64,000 bases of DNA from assembly GCA_964234715.1 (NCBI GenBank), contig OZ174290.1, one strand, 5' to 3'. The notes under the pieces were generated by a model. That model was not told where the DNA came from. It worked only from the letters and a program-made list of their open reading frames with translations, and searched no databases. Positions 1-13,625 of the stretch are shown piece by piece. Position 1 is the stretch's first letter, and each line of letters opens with the position of its first letter. Position numbers and translations under genes: made by a program. Source of the stretch: Podarcis melisellensis. Its lineage: Eukaryota.

Positions 1-1314
1 AGGAATTTGTTCCTGCTGAGTTGAAAACAAGGGCGAATCTTATCAGCCTTATTCTAAGCCTTCCCGCCCCCCCACCCCTACAAAATACTAGGGTTGGCAT
101 TATCATAAAGCAACAGGAAGCAATTGCTTGTGGCAGCAGATTTCAGAAGGGGCACAATTTGCCTGTCTCCACTCTTCATCTCTACCCCTCCCCCACAAAA
201 CCCCCAGATATTTCTGTCTAGACAGGGCCAGTTCTAGATCTTAGGTTGCCGGGGGCAAAATGTTATCTGTACTTTCCTCTCCTCTATCAGCAGACATCCT
301 CCTCCATTGGTTGGCCCTGGAGAGTTTACCCAGCAGCAGTAGTGGACAGCAGCAGCAGTATTTCAAGCAATACCAAGTATGGTTTGGCCACCATTTTAAT
401 TTCCCATAATGCCCCCAATCTAGTGTTGCCCTGGGGCATTGTGGGAAATTAAATTGGCAACTACTCAGTGAGGCTGCTGTCTCCACTGTGACATTGCAAA
501 TTGTTTTTCTACCTGGAGAGAGATGGGTGAGACCTCCTAGCCGTAGCAATACTTTTGGACTGAGAATGAATGAGTGCTACATGGGGATGTTTCAGAAGTA
601 TCCTTTCAGCTTGTAACTCCCTCAGCCTCACAGGGCCTTGATTCTGTGCAGGCTGCACATAGCTATAGATTTGCTGGATGTCTCTGATAGCAGAGCCCTC
701 ATTTTAATCCAACTAGCTGCCAGGGCATCCTTGTCCCAGATCCAGGGGAGTTTCCCACTTTATCACGAGAAGCCAATCACAGATCTGGCATCCAGGGGCA
801 AAAGAGTAGCTCCGCAAATGCACTTGGAAAACCTCGGAGTCAGAGAGGCAGACAACTGAGGATTAATGTCAGGCCACAGGGGAAGTTCAGAGAGGACCAA
901 AAAAGAAAAAGAGAAAAAAGCATTTCAGACAGCCTGTTTTTGTTGTTAAGAAATTGTGCTCAAAGCCAAGCAGCTTTGGTGAGAGTGGATCAGCTTGGTT
1001 TGTGCGTTTTAAGAGGGCCAGCATCAAAGATTGAAAAATGTGTCAAACAGGGAGAGTGGAAAAACACTCTGATCTGGTTCATTTCCAGGCTGCAGAGCTT
1101 TCCCCTCTCCTCTGAAGTGCCTTTACCAGCACAGAAGGGTGGGGGGTGTTTCCTGCTGCATTCAATGGATTGCACAGCCAGGTAGGCTGTCCGACAAGCT
1201 TCCTTTTTGGGCCTGGGGGCTCATAACTGGGCTGTCCTTCCCAATAATCCTAATGTATTATTTGCATTGGCTCTCTCCACCTTCATAGGCTGCCATTATC
1301 GACTCCTTCTTTGT

Positions 1315-2366
1315 TTCCCTCACCTCAAAATGGATACCGTTCAGCTGGAAAAGGTTCTGGAAAGGGCAACTCAAGTGATTAAGGAGATGCAGTATCTCTC
1401 CTAGGAGGAAAGGTTGCAGAGTTTGGGATTTTTTAGATAAAAGTTGAGTAAGAGATGATATGATCGAAGTTTATAAAATTAAGCATGGTGTGGAGAAAGT
1501 GGGTAGAAGTTTTTCTCCCTCTCTCATAACTCCAGGACTCGGGGACATTCGATAAAGCTTATTGTTGGAAGTTTTGAGATGGATAAAAGAAAGAGCTTCT
1601 TCATGCAGCTCAAAGTGGAACTCACTCCCAAAGAAGGCAGTGATGGCTACCAACTTGGATGGTTTTAAAAGAGGAATGGACAGATTCACATAGGTTGGCC
1701 ATGTTCTAGTTCCGCTGCTGTGCTTATAAATACAAGTTGCTGAGAACTGAGAAGTGTGCGGCTGTTGTGCTCATGTCCTGTTTATATGCTTCCTGTCATC
1801 ACCTTGCCAACAAAGGTCCGTATAGTTAAAGCTATGGTTTTCCCAGTAGTGATGTATGGAAGTGAGAGCTGGACCATAAAGAAGGCTGATCGCCAAAGAA
1901 TTGATACTTTTGAATTATGGTGCTGGAGGAGACTCTTGAGAGTCCCATGGACTGCAAGAAGATCAAACCTATCCATTCTTAAGGAAATCAACCCTGAGTG
2001 CTCACTGGAAGGACAGATCGTGAAGCTGAGACTCCAATACTTTGGCCACCTCATGAGAAGAGAAGACTCCCTGGAAAAGACCCTGATGTTGGGAAAGATT
2101 GAGGACACAAGGAGAAGGGGACGACAGAGGACAAGATGGCTGGACAGTGTTCTCGAAGCTACCAGCATGAGTTTGACCAAACTGCGGGAGGCAGTGGAAG
2201 ACAGGAGTGCCTGGCGTGCTCTGGTCCATGGGGTCACGAAGAGTCGGACACGACTAAATGACTAAACGACAACAACAACAAAGGCATCTGATTGACCACT
2301 GTGGGGGGAAAGGATGCAGGTCAAGATGGGCCACTGCCCTGATGCAGCAGGTTCTTCTTATGCTTT
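1315..2366 (+). mobile_element. CR1 LINE 3' fragment (decayed ORF2 C-terminus plus 3' tail), interrupted by a BovB insertion at 1797-2281
   Basis: ORF 1207..1404 ends FPHLKMDTVQLEKVLERATQVIKEMQYLS, matching the CR1 ORF2 motif PHLKKDIxxLEKVQRRATKMI. The downstream ...ggatggttttaaaagagga...gacagattca and the tail ...aggcatctg...ttcttatg resume after the BovB insert. Confidence 0.8.
1797..2281 (+). mobile_element. BovB (RTE-clade) LINE, 5'-truncated 3' fragment with open RT C-terminal frame and (CAA)n tail
   Basis: ORF 1756..2265 contains KVRIVKAMVFPVVMYGSESWTIKKADRQRIDTFELWCWRRLLRVPWTARRSN...LQYFGHLMRREDSLEKTLMLGKIE...RRRGRQRTRWLD, typical of BovB/RTE. It ends GGGGTCACGAAGAGTCGGACACGACT followed by caacaacaacaa. 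Confidence 0.95.
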
Positions 2367-2931
2367 TGTGGCTGGAGAACAGGGAAGTGGTGAGGTGCTC
2401 TGAGTGCTCGGAGGAACTTTGTATACTACTAAGGATGGTTATTTAGGCTGCTGTTTCTGGCTAATAAGCCATTCCTTTTGTGGGGTTTTATGCTGCCCTG
2501 AAAGTACCATAAATGACTGCCTGACTGATGGAATCAATAATGGACTTTAGAGCGGCACATAGGCACATGCGTTTGTATTGCTTCAACATTTTGATGCTTG
2601 CACCCCTGGGCCCCTTTGGGAGGGTGAGATAGGAATTCAATCAATCAATCAGTCAATCAGTCAATTGGACTGTTACCAAGGGATGATCACCATGGTCTAC
2701 CTAATGTAAAAGATCTAGTAACTCCCAGGTGGGGTCACTGCAATGCATTCTAAAGAGAGCTGCCTTTTCAGATGAGGTGGACACTTTAACTAGTGCAGAA
2801 CGCTGCTGCATTTGAGGGGGGGCACAACTGCATTGCACTGCTGCTGTCTTCCAAGACTCATTGTATGACATAGGAGACTGCCTCCTACCAAGTCCATAAG
2901 ATTGGTCCATCTTGCTAAGTGCCATCTACAC

Positions 2932-3055
2932 CAGGGGTGGAAAACACCATGGCCCTCCAGACTCCAACTTCCATCCACTTTCAGTCAACTTGGCCAATGG
3001 TCAGGGATTATGGCAGCTGCATCAACATTTGGAGGGCCAGAGTTTATCCACCTTG
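2932..3055. mobile_element. Short palindromic non-autonomous DNA transposon (hAT-type MITE), diverged copy
   Basis: caggggtgg...ggccctccag / ggagggcc...ccaccttg inverted ends; same family as the well-preserved copy at 38665-38800. Confidence 0.6.
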
Positions 3056-4276
3056 GTCCACTCTGGCTCATAGCAGTTCTTCAGAGTTTCAGGTGGAGAT
3101 CTTACCCAGTCTTACCTAGAGATCTCAGAAACTGAACCACGGACCTTTTCCATGCAAATCTATCTTCTGTTTTCCTTGGGCATTACTTCTTGTCCTATAA
3201 GCAGAATCTCTTCTACTTACGCCTCACTTCCTGTATAGATTGCTCTCCCTAAAGAAGGCCACTGGGCTTAATCATTTATTGCCATTTAATTAAGACCTTT
3301 ATGTGCATTGCGGCTCTTAGTTAATTAGTTAACCTCTCTCTCTTGATATAATTTTCTCAATTTTTATTTTTACCTTTACAGCTTATAGTTAGATTATATG
3401 TTTTTGCTATAAATGCTCAGTTTGACTTTGCCTGATATACTGGGCAATGTATTGGAAGGCACTGGTGTCAGGTCCCCATTCAAAAACATTGTAATAGTGG
3501 CTCTTACTTATGAGTAAGGGCGGCACCTTTAATAAGATTAATTTTGGTACAGGTTCAGCGACATGCACAAGGTCCAGAAATCATGATTCCAAGGTATGTG
3601 AGCAAGGCAAGTTAATAACTGAATGGAAATATGTAGATATTCCAACAGGTGATACCAAGCTTTTGAAGAAGAGGTGAGGTGAGCTCACTCACAGAATCTC
3701 TCACCTTATGAGCCTGTTGCATGCATGCATTCATACTTTTTCTGGATAGGTGCATCTGATCCCACCTATGAAGGCAGTGCCTGGTTCTCAGTGACAATAT
3801 TACCTCCTCACTTCTGCCTCTAGCTGTGCCACCTCTTCATCCTGTTCAGCCCCTCCCTCTAGCTGGTCAACCCATGCCTCCCAAAAAAGCTGAGTCTTCC
3901 ATCAGAGGGGTGGTAAAGATAACTGTCAGACAGACAGATAGACAAACAGATTCCCTCTCACTGACTTATAGAGTCATAAGGGAAGGACCTATCCCTGGGT
4001 GCCAGTCTTCCAGCCCCCATCTGTTCCTTTTCTCTCCTCTTACTCCTCCTCCATAGTTTGGGGTTGCCAAACTATGCCAAATCCTGATGGACCCAAGGGG
4101 CCCATAACAGGTGCCATATGTAATGTAATGTAAGCAACCAGCCAAACAAACAACCAAAGCAGTCCAGTGCTTGCTACAGCAAGGGATTAGAGATAATTCC
4201 CCATACTAATGGAAGGTGCTGTGTTCCGTGGTGAAGGGACTTAAAACACCAGAGAGTAATTGCAGAACTTCTAGAG

Positions 4277-4413
4277 CAGGAGTAGTCCATGTCAAACACT
4301 CCAAATGTTGCTGGATGATGCATCCCATCATTCCTGGGAATTGGCCATGCTGGCTGGGACTGCTGAGAGTTGGAGTCCAACAACATCTGAGGATATCGCA
4401 AGGCCTGCCTCTG
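4277..4413. mobile_element. hAT-type palindromic MITE, diverged copy
   Basis: CAGG...CTG ends, internal aatgttgctgga / tccaacaacat inverted repeat, degenerate 8-bp flanks ttctagag / tgttagag. Confidence 0.6.
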
Positions 4414-4779
4414 TGTTAGAGCATATGTATACGTCATCTAACATGTTCAAAGTTACGTGATCTGAAATCCTATGCATGTGGTGTGTAAGATTGCAGCCTT
4501 GATTTTTAAAAAATATATATATAAGAAAATGAACTTATATTATGTTTTAAAAAACTCAGGCCTAGTGTCTTACTTCTGAGTAATGCATAGGATTGCATTT
4601 CCCCCCATTTTTAATGAGAACTGAACACCATAAGAAAGGGCCCAGAATATTCAGGAAGGTGGGCAAGTCTCTCAATTCCTTCCTTGTCTTCTTCCCCAGC
4701 TAACTTAGATAGCAGAATTTATTTCAGCTCTATGCAGGAGGCACCTTTGATAGATTACTTGAGCTCCTTTTGGATACAG

Positions 4780-6050
4780 AAAGTTGACTTCTCTCTTTTT
4801 TTCCTGTCTCATTTTGTTTTTCTGCAGCGATTTCCCATGCAGGTTTTGGGTGAAATTCCCCACCGCAAACCCTTTATTGAAGAGGCAATTTTGAGCAATG
4901 AAAAGGTGTTTTGGCATCCTCAGTGCAACACATCTGCTAATGGAAATCCGGAAGATACTTCTCCATTGTGTTGCCTGAATCTGAACAGGCAAACAATGAA
5001 CAGGACTGCAAACACCTGATGCCATCAGTGATTTTGTTTTGCCATCAGAACATCAACTCAGCGGGGCTTTGTAATCTGTAACTGAATATGCATATATTTC
5101 AATATCATCCTCCTCATTCCTGAGAGAGGGGGAGAAGGAGAGAGGAGAGGGGGAGAGAGTTGGGTGGAGTGGGAGGGAGGAGAAAGAGAGAGAAAGAGAG
5201 ATAAACTCTCCTTTGCAGGGGAAGAGGCAAGATACATAGAGACAGCTTTCAGTCTCCGCACCTGCACTCTGTGTGACTGACAGAATGGGGACACAATTGC
5301 ATATGGTAAATGAGTTTGGGTAAGCAGGCAGTGGGGCATGTAAAAGAGGAGAGAAATTTGCCTTGATGTGGCAATAGGGCTTACATTTTTGCAGAGGCTG
5401 CAAGCCATTTTTGAACCTGATTCTGGCCTCCAGTTGAAAGGTGTTTATGTGTCTGAGTTGGTGATGGTTTCTCTCCCACCCCCCACCCCCTTTCTTTTCT
5501 TTTAAATATGGATTTGGAACCTAAGTTATCTTCCCTGCCTTAAGCAAAGTTACAAGTTATGCCATAATAAATAATAATAATAATGCTAATAAATACCAAG
5601 CCATGCTATAAATACGTGTTCGTTTCCGCTTTGCCATGCATATTAGGCATAATGAGCATTCCCTCTCTCTTTTTTTGAACCTTAAAATCCCCTGTTTTAC
5701 AAGCCTTCATTTCGGCATAATGTGCCCATAAAACACAATGGCAGCACAGTGTGGAGAGGGCTAAATTAAAAATTAATGGGCCCTGCCACCGCCTGGCAAT
5801 CGCAGCGCCAGGCAAAGACAGAAGGGCAGAGAGGAAGCTGCCCTCCATGGCAGAGCAGGATGCAGCCTGCAAACATCTCCCAGCTGCTTCTTGGAGTAGT
5901 GCCTTTCTCCCATGCTAACCGCTTCTCTATGTTGCAAATACATGCAACTGTCAACTTTGCATGAATTTTGCATTTTAGCCGACAATCCTTGTTTTCACAA
6001 ACCTGAGGCAGCTTTCAAGTAGGACGAAGTGAAAATTGTCTCCTATTCAC
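4780..6050. promoter_or_regulatory. Candidate conserved non-coding/enhancer block with a purine-rich tract at ~5120-5200
   Basis: No recognisable repeat; several retained CpGs (5613-5630, 5787-5810); TAAT/ATTA and CCATAAA homeodomain-like motifs. Conservation is inferred, not tested. Confidence 0.35.
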
Positions 6051-8721
6051 ACCATTTGAGCAAAGAAATGCGAGTGTGGAGGCGGGTGGTAGATACATAT
6101 TTCTGAATACATAGAAATGTAGGAAGCTGCCTTATAGTGAGTCAGGCCAGTCTAGGACTTTGAAGGGGCTCCCACTCTATGGTAAAATATTCATGCAAAT
6201 ACATGGAAACCTCAGTTGGACTTAACATTGCTTCAATATTCTGTCAGTATTGGAGAGAAGAAGCTCATGGAGCTCGCACTATGAGCTCCTGAAGTCACCC
6301 TGGACATATTTTGCACTATCATTTGTGTTAATGTGTTAAAAGACCCTGGAAGCCATTTTCAGAAAGGTGGTGTATAAAAGCAATGCGATCTATATGAACA
6401 CCGTTAACCACAGTGGCAAAATAGGAAACAAATGTGAATGCTTTTTGAGTGGCCCTCAAAATATGAGAATATGTTGTGGAAGAGAGAACCATGAGCTGTA
6501 TCAGTTAAGTTCTGCTTAGAGTAGACCTACTGAAGTTAATTATCCAACGTTCACTATGCCCAGTCACTTCAATGGGTCTACAATGATTAGGACCAGAATT
6601 GGAGAGAGCCCCATATACACCACCTTGAGCTTCTTGAAGGGAAGATGGTGTAAAAAGGTAATTAATAAATGAATAATAAAAATAAATAAGGAGAATTTCA
6701 AAACCATCTCTAAGCTAGTCATTATGAAAGGGGAGAGGGGGGGGTGCTTGATATGGGGCATGCTGTGAAAGCCCTGTGCCCTTTGTCATGTTACTTATAC
6801 CCTTGAAATGCAATTCTGATTATCCGAAACCTGTCTGCTAATTAAGCCAATGAAATACACTGGGCCTTTGTTACTCAGCATATGCTTCTTCCTTCACATG
6901 AGCAAGAGGCATCTTCATTCCCAAAATGACAGGACATCACACATTTCCAGCTCTCACTTCTCCATAGGCTGCAGAATCGGCACTCAAGCACAAATGGGGG
7001 ACTCTTTTATCCAGGGGATATTTAGGGCTAAGCAGAACAAGACTCCAGGCATGAGTCAGTTTAGCTTGATGGAAAACCTCTAAGGACCCCCCCCCAGATG
7101 CTTCAGGAATTGGACCTCAGCAGCTCAATAGCCGGCTTTCTTTTTTCTGCATCAGTGCGATATCAATAACCCAGCTTGAGGTTGGTATGAGCTGCAAGGT
7201 GCCATCATTTTCAGATGAGTCATGAAACAATGTCTGCGCAGTCATTCAAATCCCAGGTGTTCAGGACAGCTTTCAGCTTTGGGGCATCTGCATTCTGCCT
7301 CCCTATATTGTCCTGGTAGTTCCTTGCCAGGGAAAAGGGATGAGGGAGTGATGGGGGGACAGACAAATGTTTATTGGTGCTCAATGCACCCAAAGAAAGC
7401 TAGCCATTTATAGAGTGGTGAAAGGAGTGGCGAAATAACACGGAATTCAAATCAATAGTCAGATAAGAATAATCACACATTACAATATCTGGAAATGTTG
7501 GGGAAGGGTTGCTTTCTGATTTCAGCATTTAGAGATCATGTGCACATTTTTGACACTGCCTGAATTTAACACTACCAGGTTTTTGGTTCTTCGTTATTTC
7601 CTCTTCAACATCCAAAGCTATGGGCCATAGCTCAGTGGTAAGAGCATCTGCTATGCAGGTAAAAGGGCAGATGCAGCCAGTGGGAGAAAAGGACAGATCT
7701 TTGAATCTGGGATCTTCTGCTGTCTCTTCAGCTGCACCCTCAAGGGAGCTTATTCCACTTACCCAACATTTGTCTGTTAATTTCTGCATTATATTTGAAC
7801 TTTCACATAACATAAAAGCCACTTCTGGAACTCTATAGTGAAATATAGCACACGTTTGGCACCCATTTTCCATGTTATTTGATTCCAGAAACAATCTCTT
7901 TGCAGTCCTCTTAACCTAGAAAATGAGTAAAGTGATTAAATTTAGGGTGGTATAGCAGCTTACAATTCTTTCCTGCTGTTTTAATGTGGGAATCACAGGG
8001 GAACAGAAACAAGCATGTGTGGAAAGAGTGACATTGTTGAAGATGTCCACTGTTGTTAATGTAATTTAGTACAATATGCCATTATATTGGTCAAAAAGCT
8101 GAAGTTGCATAAGAAAACAGGTACTGCAGTGCAGAAAGAACATTAAGAAAATGGGTGAAAAGTGCTAGCAATATCACCAGAAAAAGTAGCATGACATCCT
8201 CCACATCTGAATGTGCCCTTAGTCATCCTGCTGTTGGTGTATGGGGAAAAGAAATGAGGCAGAAGCCTTCTGGAGACAGATGCTTTCTTGCTAAGCCTAG
8301 CTGTGTGTTTTTCAAAGATTGTTTCAAATAGCACGAGAAAAAGGTAGAAAAGAAGGCCATTCCAGCAGGTATCTATCTGCTTATGTTGCCATCTATGCAT
8401 AGGTAAGAAGCACAACATGAAGGCAACTGATTCTCTCACACGAAAGGATTTTGCCTGAAACTACTGTGCACTTCAAAACTTCTGCCTAATTGCCACATTA
8501 GACTATGTAGAAGAAGCAGCTTCAGAGGAACACACTGCATAAAAAGTACAGTCAAAAGAAGATCAAGATTGCAGCCTTGCTGTATACACATGCCACGAAC
8601 ATATGCATTCAACATCCTGATAAACTCCACACACCTGTGTAACTAGCAGACAAGTAACCCAGTCCTCTGAAACAGATCAAGATGCTGATTATTGTTGTTG
8701 TTGTTGTTGTAACAGTGCCTG

Positions 8722-8872
8722 ATATTTATTTAATTCATTGCATTTCTACTCCACCTTTTTCTCCATGGAGCTCAAGTTGGTGAACATGCTTCTGCCCCCC
8801 TCATTTAATCCCTACAACAGCAACCCTGTGTTGTTAGGTTTGGCTGAGAGGAAGTGACAGGTCCAAGGTGAG
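8722..8872 (-). mobile_element. MIR/CORE-like SINE fragment
   Basis: ...catttaatccctacaacagcaaccctgtg...aggtttggctgagaggaagtgacaggtccaaggt resembles the CORE-SINE antisense motif; related copy at 29870-30012. Confidence 0.55.
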
Positions 8873-11367
8873 TCCACATTTTTATGCACAGTTACCTAAT
8901 CCACCACCTTATCCCCTCAGGCTAACCCACGTTTCACAGCATCATTATCCTTCAGATATCATACTCCACCCCACCCCCATGAAACAAAATACTCCATCTC
9001 ATGCATTACCCATCCACCTTTAAAAAGAAAGTCATAGATGTCTGCTACCACATTTAAAAGTCATAGATGTCTGATTAACCACATTAAAAAGAAACACAGA
9101 ACCTCACTCGAGCAACTGTGACTTAATATGATTCCTGTATTACTCATGTGTTGCACTATATACCATATACCCTGTTTTTCTGTGTATAAGACGCCCCCAT
9201 ATATAAGATGAGCCCCATTTTTTTATCCCAAAATTGAGAAATAAATATTTTAAACACCAAACAGAACAACTTTGATATCTTGAAGTGGGCCCTTTAGCAT
9301 GGCTAATATATCATACTGAGATATCAAACGAGGAAGAGAAAAAAGACCATTTGACTTAGAGGACCAATCACTGATCATGAATAATGAACACAAAGCAGTT
9401 GGAGGCACACTCAAAAGCGGTAATCCTTGATCAACCCAGGGGTTGAACTGAGTATGAATAAAGAACACCTGGAGTGACTTCAAATCAAGAACTAAAAAAA
9501 AAAAAGAATCAGAAATATGTCTGTGGCTCAGCTGCAAGGAGAGGAGGTCAAGGTTCATCTAATAAATTATTTCCTGCAAATGCTTAGCCCAACTCTAGCT
9601 GTGAAAAGCACTTTTAAAAAAGTGGGATGTGAACAGAATTGTCTATCAGGAATGGAACACATACTTCACAGAAAAGAACTGGCTGCATCTCTTGAAAAGG
9701 TTTCCTTGAAAATCTGATTATATGTCAGCATGAGAGAGGGGAGAAAATATCATGGGCTCAAGAAAAGGAAGGTTAGAAAAGGAAATTGTCTAGAATAGGG
9801 ACAAGGAAAAATATGCCCCTCCATTATTCTGTTCTACTCAGACTTGCTGGAGAAATACCAGTGATTACGATAGTGTTGGCTATGCTAGGCAATTCAGGAC
9901 CCTGGACAGCTCACCATAGCAGTGGAAGATATTATCTCAACCAGGAGTCAGAGTCATCTGAGAGCTTGAGACGGCTCTTCCCTTCCCATGGCTCCATCCA
10001 CTTCAAGCACTTTTTAAAAGGCCCATAGACTTGCCTGAATTCACATGCTATTCTGTGGGTGTGGAGCAGGAGAGGCTGCAAGGCAATCATCTTCAGGCTC
10101 TGAAGATGATGACTGAACTACATCAGGGTGGTATAGAAAAAGGTGCCAAAGGACTCTCCTTGAGTGGGGTGACTTGTGCATAGTCTGAATCCTCCTGGAA
10201 CCCTAAGGAGACATGGCATTCATACATTGCTGGACTCCAATTTCCATCAGATCTAGCCAATGTGGCCAATGGTAAGGAATGATGTGAGTTGCAACATCTG
10301 GAGAGCAAGCATCTGATTCTCCATCACTGGTATCTAGAGGAATGTGGTAAAGAAGGCCAAATAGAAGAGATTGAGATGGGAAGGAGAATGTGAAGAAAAG
10401 TTGGTGAAGTATCTGGGGGGGCTGAAGAATAAGGTGACAATATGTTCTAATTCACAGAGGACAGTCCTCTTTTTGAAGCTTTCTCAGGTCCAAGTCTAGC
10501 TTAAAGCTTAGTAATCTTAAGGAAGGAGGAAAGGACTCTTGAAGTTGTTCAAGAGCACCTAATAGTACCTGGACAACAAAATGATCAGGAACACAGGTTG
10601 CCTGGCCCAGCCTTCCCCACTATGGAGAGGTGCATTTTTATAGTATTATAAAATTATGTATTATTGTAATTATTACTAAATTTGCACCTCTCCATGTAAA
10701 TTACCATCTACAAATCTCTGTCATCTTCCATTCTCTTTTTCCTTTGCTATCTTCTTTTTTCAGTTGGTATGTGGTAGGGTGAGATTGTCATATTGCTTTG
10801 AAACCAGATAAATATTTTGCTTCAAGTCCCTGGGACATCTGCAAAGTCACAATGATGGGCACGACATTGTTATTGCCTAAGATCCCCTTATCCAGAGCTA
10901 CATAGCTGCACTTCTGCTGGAAATCCAAGCACATCATTGTGAGCATGATGTTAAGGCTGGATTCCACTACTGTCAGCCAGGAGGATAGAATGTGCAGCTT
11001 AGCATTGCTAACATGCCCACTGCTGTCTGCTGTGTGGAGCGAATGGTCACCTAGGAAACCATTATTGGGATCTGCTGGTGTCCAGGGACATTGTTGGAAA
11101 GTGTGCAAGCGTAGCAATTTACTAGGAGGCCTCCACAGCTTGTGTCCTTGGGAGAACCTGCTGGAGAGCTAACAGTTTCCATAGAAACCTGATGGAAAAG
11201 CCTTCCTGCCAGTTTCCTCTCAGCTGTTCCTCTTCCAAGTGCAAAGAAAAAGGTCCAGAGATGGCAAATGGAGAGACAATTGATACAAAGAGCAGCTGCT
11301 GGCTTCTGCCTCTGGCATCATCAACTGAAACAGCAAAGAGAGGTAACGTGGGTATTTCCTCAGTAAG

Positions 11368-11497
11368 AACATAGGAGCCTTGTACTGATTCAAGCCATTA
11401 GCTTCAGACAGGGGGCATTCCCAGCCCTACTTGGAGATGCTAGTGGTTGAATTTAGGACCCTCTGCATACATAGAGATGCTCTATCACTGAGCTATG
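11368..11497 (-). mobile_element. tRNA-derived SINE (Squam3-like)
   Basis: Reverse complement begins atagctcagtgatagagcatctc...ggtcctaaattcaac (A/B-box-like head); homologous to 36355-36525. Confidence 0.55.
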
Positions 11498-13483
11498 TGT
11501 GGGCTAACCAGCCTCATGTAACAAACATGCTTAAGTTTAATTAATGCATGAAGGGGTTGAAACCATGGACTAAGCTGCCATCCCATGCTTGGCTATGTAA
11601 CTTACCTTGGGAGGAAAAGGTAATCAAGCCTTTGTTTTTCATCCAGTCTACCTGTGAACTCATTGTATGAAGAGGTCTGAGTTGGTTCCTCCAACTCAGC
11701 CACATGGCTCTCACTAGCCTCCCTTGTGTTCCTATACCAATAGTTTAGGAACTTTTAACCACATTGTAATTAAGCTACATTTTACTGCCTGTGCAACTTT
11801 TCTGATTGCTGTATGGAAATGCACATGAATCTGACCTTTGGAAAGCTTGTAAGTAAACCATTTATATACTGTAATTACCAAATGTGTAGTCTTTTCCGAT
11901 GCCGGGGCAAAAGAGAAAATTTGGAAGGAACTTTTAAAGGAGTCAATTTTGGGACTCACTTGGAATGACATGTCTTAAAGTTTTTACTGCCTGTATTTCC
12001 ATGCTTTACTTAGCTGCATATTTTGTGATTTTAAATCTCTGCTTGGGTTCTCTCACCAAAGAGTACTCAAACTTGGATCTTGGCATCCAGGAATTCTCTT
12101 TCTTATAAACATATTTTTGAACCATGGCCCTCCCATGGCCCCAATTAGCCAACCAGATGTTGGAGGAAGGTGCTATATCCTTTCACAGTGACCCATACAT
12201 TGATATGAAAAATATGAGTCAAAGACCTTGGGTGGTCCCAGAGAAGTTATGTGTGTGGGCAGTCAGGGACTGTATCACAATATAGGACCAAAGTAGTTCT
12301 TGGAACAGGTTGCCTCCCGGGGAGCTGTCAATGATCCTGTTAGTCTTGAAAACTGGCTAATTTCTTGCCTTTCCTTTACATTACCAGCTGCAGCCAGAGT
12401 ATGTGGCTTCTATTCACCCACCAGTTTGCCTGAATGTGGCTCTACCTTGTCCTGAAAGCTCTGCTTTGCCCTGTGAAAAACAAAACAAAAAAAACCTGAT
12501 CAGCTAAAACTGGACCACTTAAGACAAATGGAAAACTAGCATTTAAATTGTGAACACTTTCTATTCCCTTGATCCCTTAAAAGATCGGAAGGGTCTGCTG
12601 GTACAAAGCCTATCATGAATAAGGGGCAGGGGAACCTTAACCTTTCAAATGTTGTTGAAATACAACTCCTATCATTTCTGACAATTGGCCATGCTGGCGG
12701 GATTTGGATGCATCTGGAAGGCCTACTCAGAGTAGACCCATTGAAGTTAATAAGCACAACCAGCTTTGCTTCATTAACTTCAGTGTCTCTTCTCTGAATA
12801 AAACTCCATTGAATGCAACCCATGAGCTTCAGGTTCTTAAGAATAGTTTTGTGGAGAAAGGAAAAGAGCTTCTCTCCAATGATTCACACTTCTCAGATGG
12901 ATTCCTAAAGTAATTCTTCTGAAGTCACTCAACTGACACAGGGGATATATTTGGCCCTAGGACACTACAACCAACTCTATTTATTAATAAGAGGGAAGGA
13001 AAACAAACCGTCTACATTGATGAGTTATGCCTGCAACACCCCCTCCTCCTCCCCAGAATTCATTTTGCTGGTGCCACCGCTGATATATCGGTTGGATTAG
13101 GCAGGAGGTGTTCTGCGTTCTCACTATAAATTCCATCCCTCGGCTTCTTTCCCTGGGGAAAAGGTGGGGGAAGAATAACATTTGGAAGGTTCATGCTTTA
13201 GAACAGAGGTGCAGTGTAAAAAGGGTAAAAACGAAGAGATGGAAACTGAGTGAACAAATAAAAACGTCATCACATGACCAGAGCTGGCTCCAGAATGATC
13301 CCAAACTGACTCCTGGTGGGTTTACTTTATGTAATGTGTGCATGAGACACACTGTTTGTAGAACCCTTCTGAGTGGCTGCTATCTCAAGAGCTGGAAGAA
13401 ATTTCTTACATCAGTTTAGAAAATTATCACATATATGTTCCCAATCTCTGAGTGCTGAGAGATACCAGGAGTTCCAAAGGCTA

Positions 13484-13625
13484 TGGAGTCTCCTTCTTTG
13501 GAGGTCTTTAAGCAGAGGCTTGACAACCATATGTCAGGAGTGCTTTGATGGTGTTTCCTGCTTGGCAGGGGGTTGGACTCGATGGCCCTTGTGGTCTCTT
13601 CCAACTCTATGATTCTATGATTCTA
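13484..13625 (+). mobile_element. Young CR1 LINE 3' end with (ATTCTATG)n tail
   Basis: ggagtctccttctttggaggtctttaagcagaggcttgac...ggttggactcgatggccc...ccaactctatgattctatgattcta; 3 differences from the copy at 15298-15438. Confidence 0.9.

Noticed and set aside
1782-2237. 151-aa minus-strand ORF
   Set aside because: Antisense of the BovB RT frame.
7620-7660. tRNA-like gggccatagctcagtggtaagagc
   Set aside because: Only a SINE head fragment; no complete cloverleaf.
9165-9240. Possible Tc2/pogo terminal fragment (tataagacgccc repeats) and nearby ~30-bp tandem duplication at 9020-9090
   Set aside because: No matching opposite TIR found; too short to classify.
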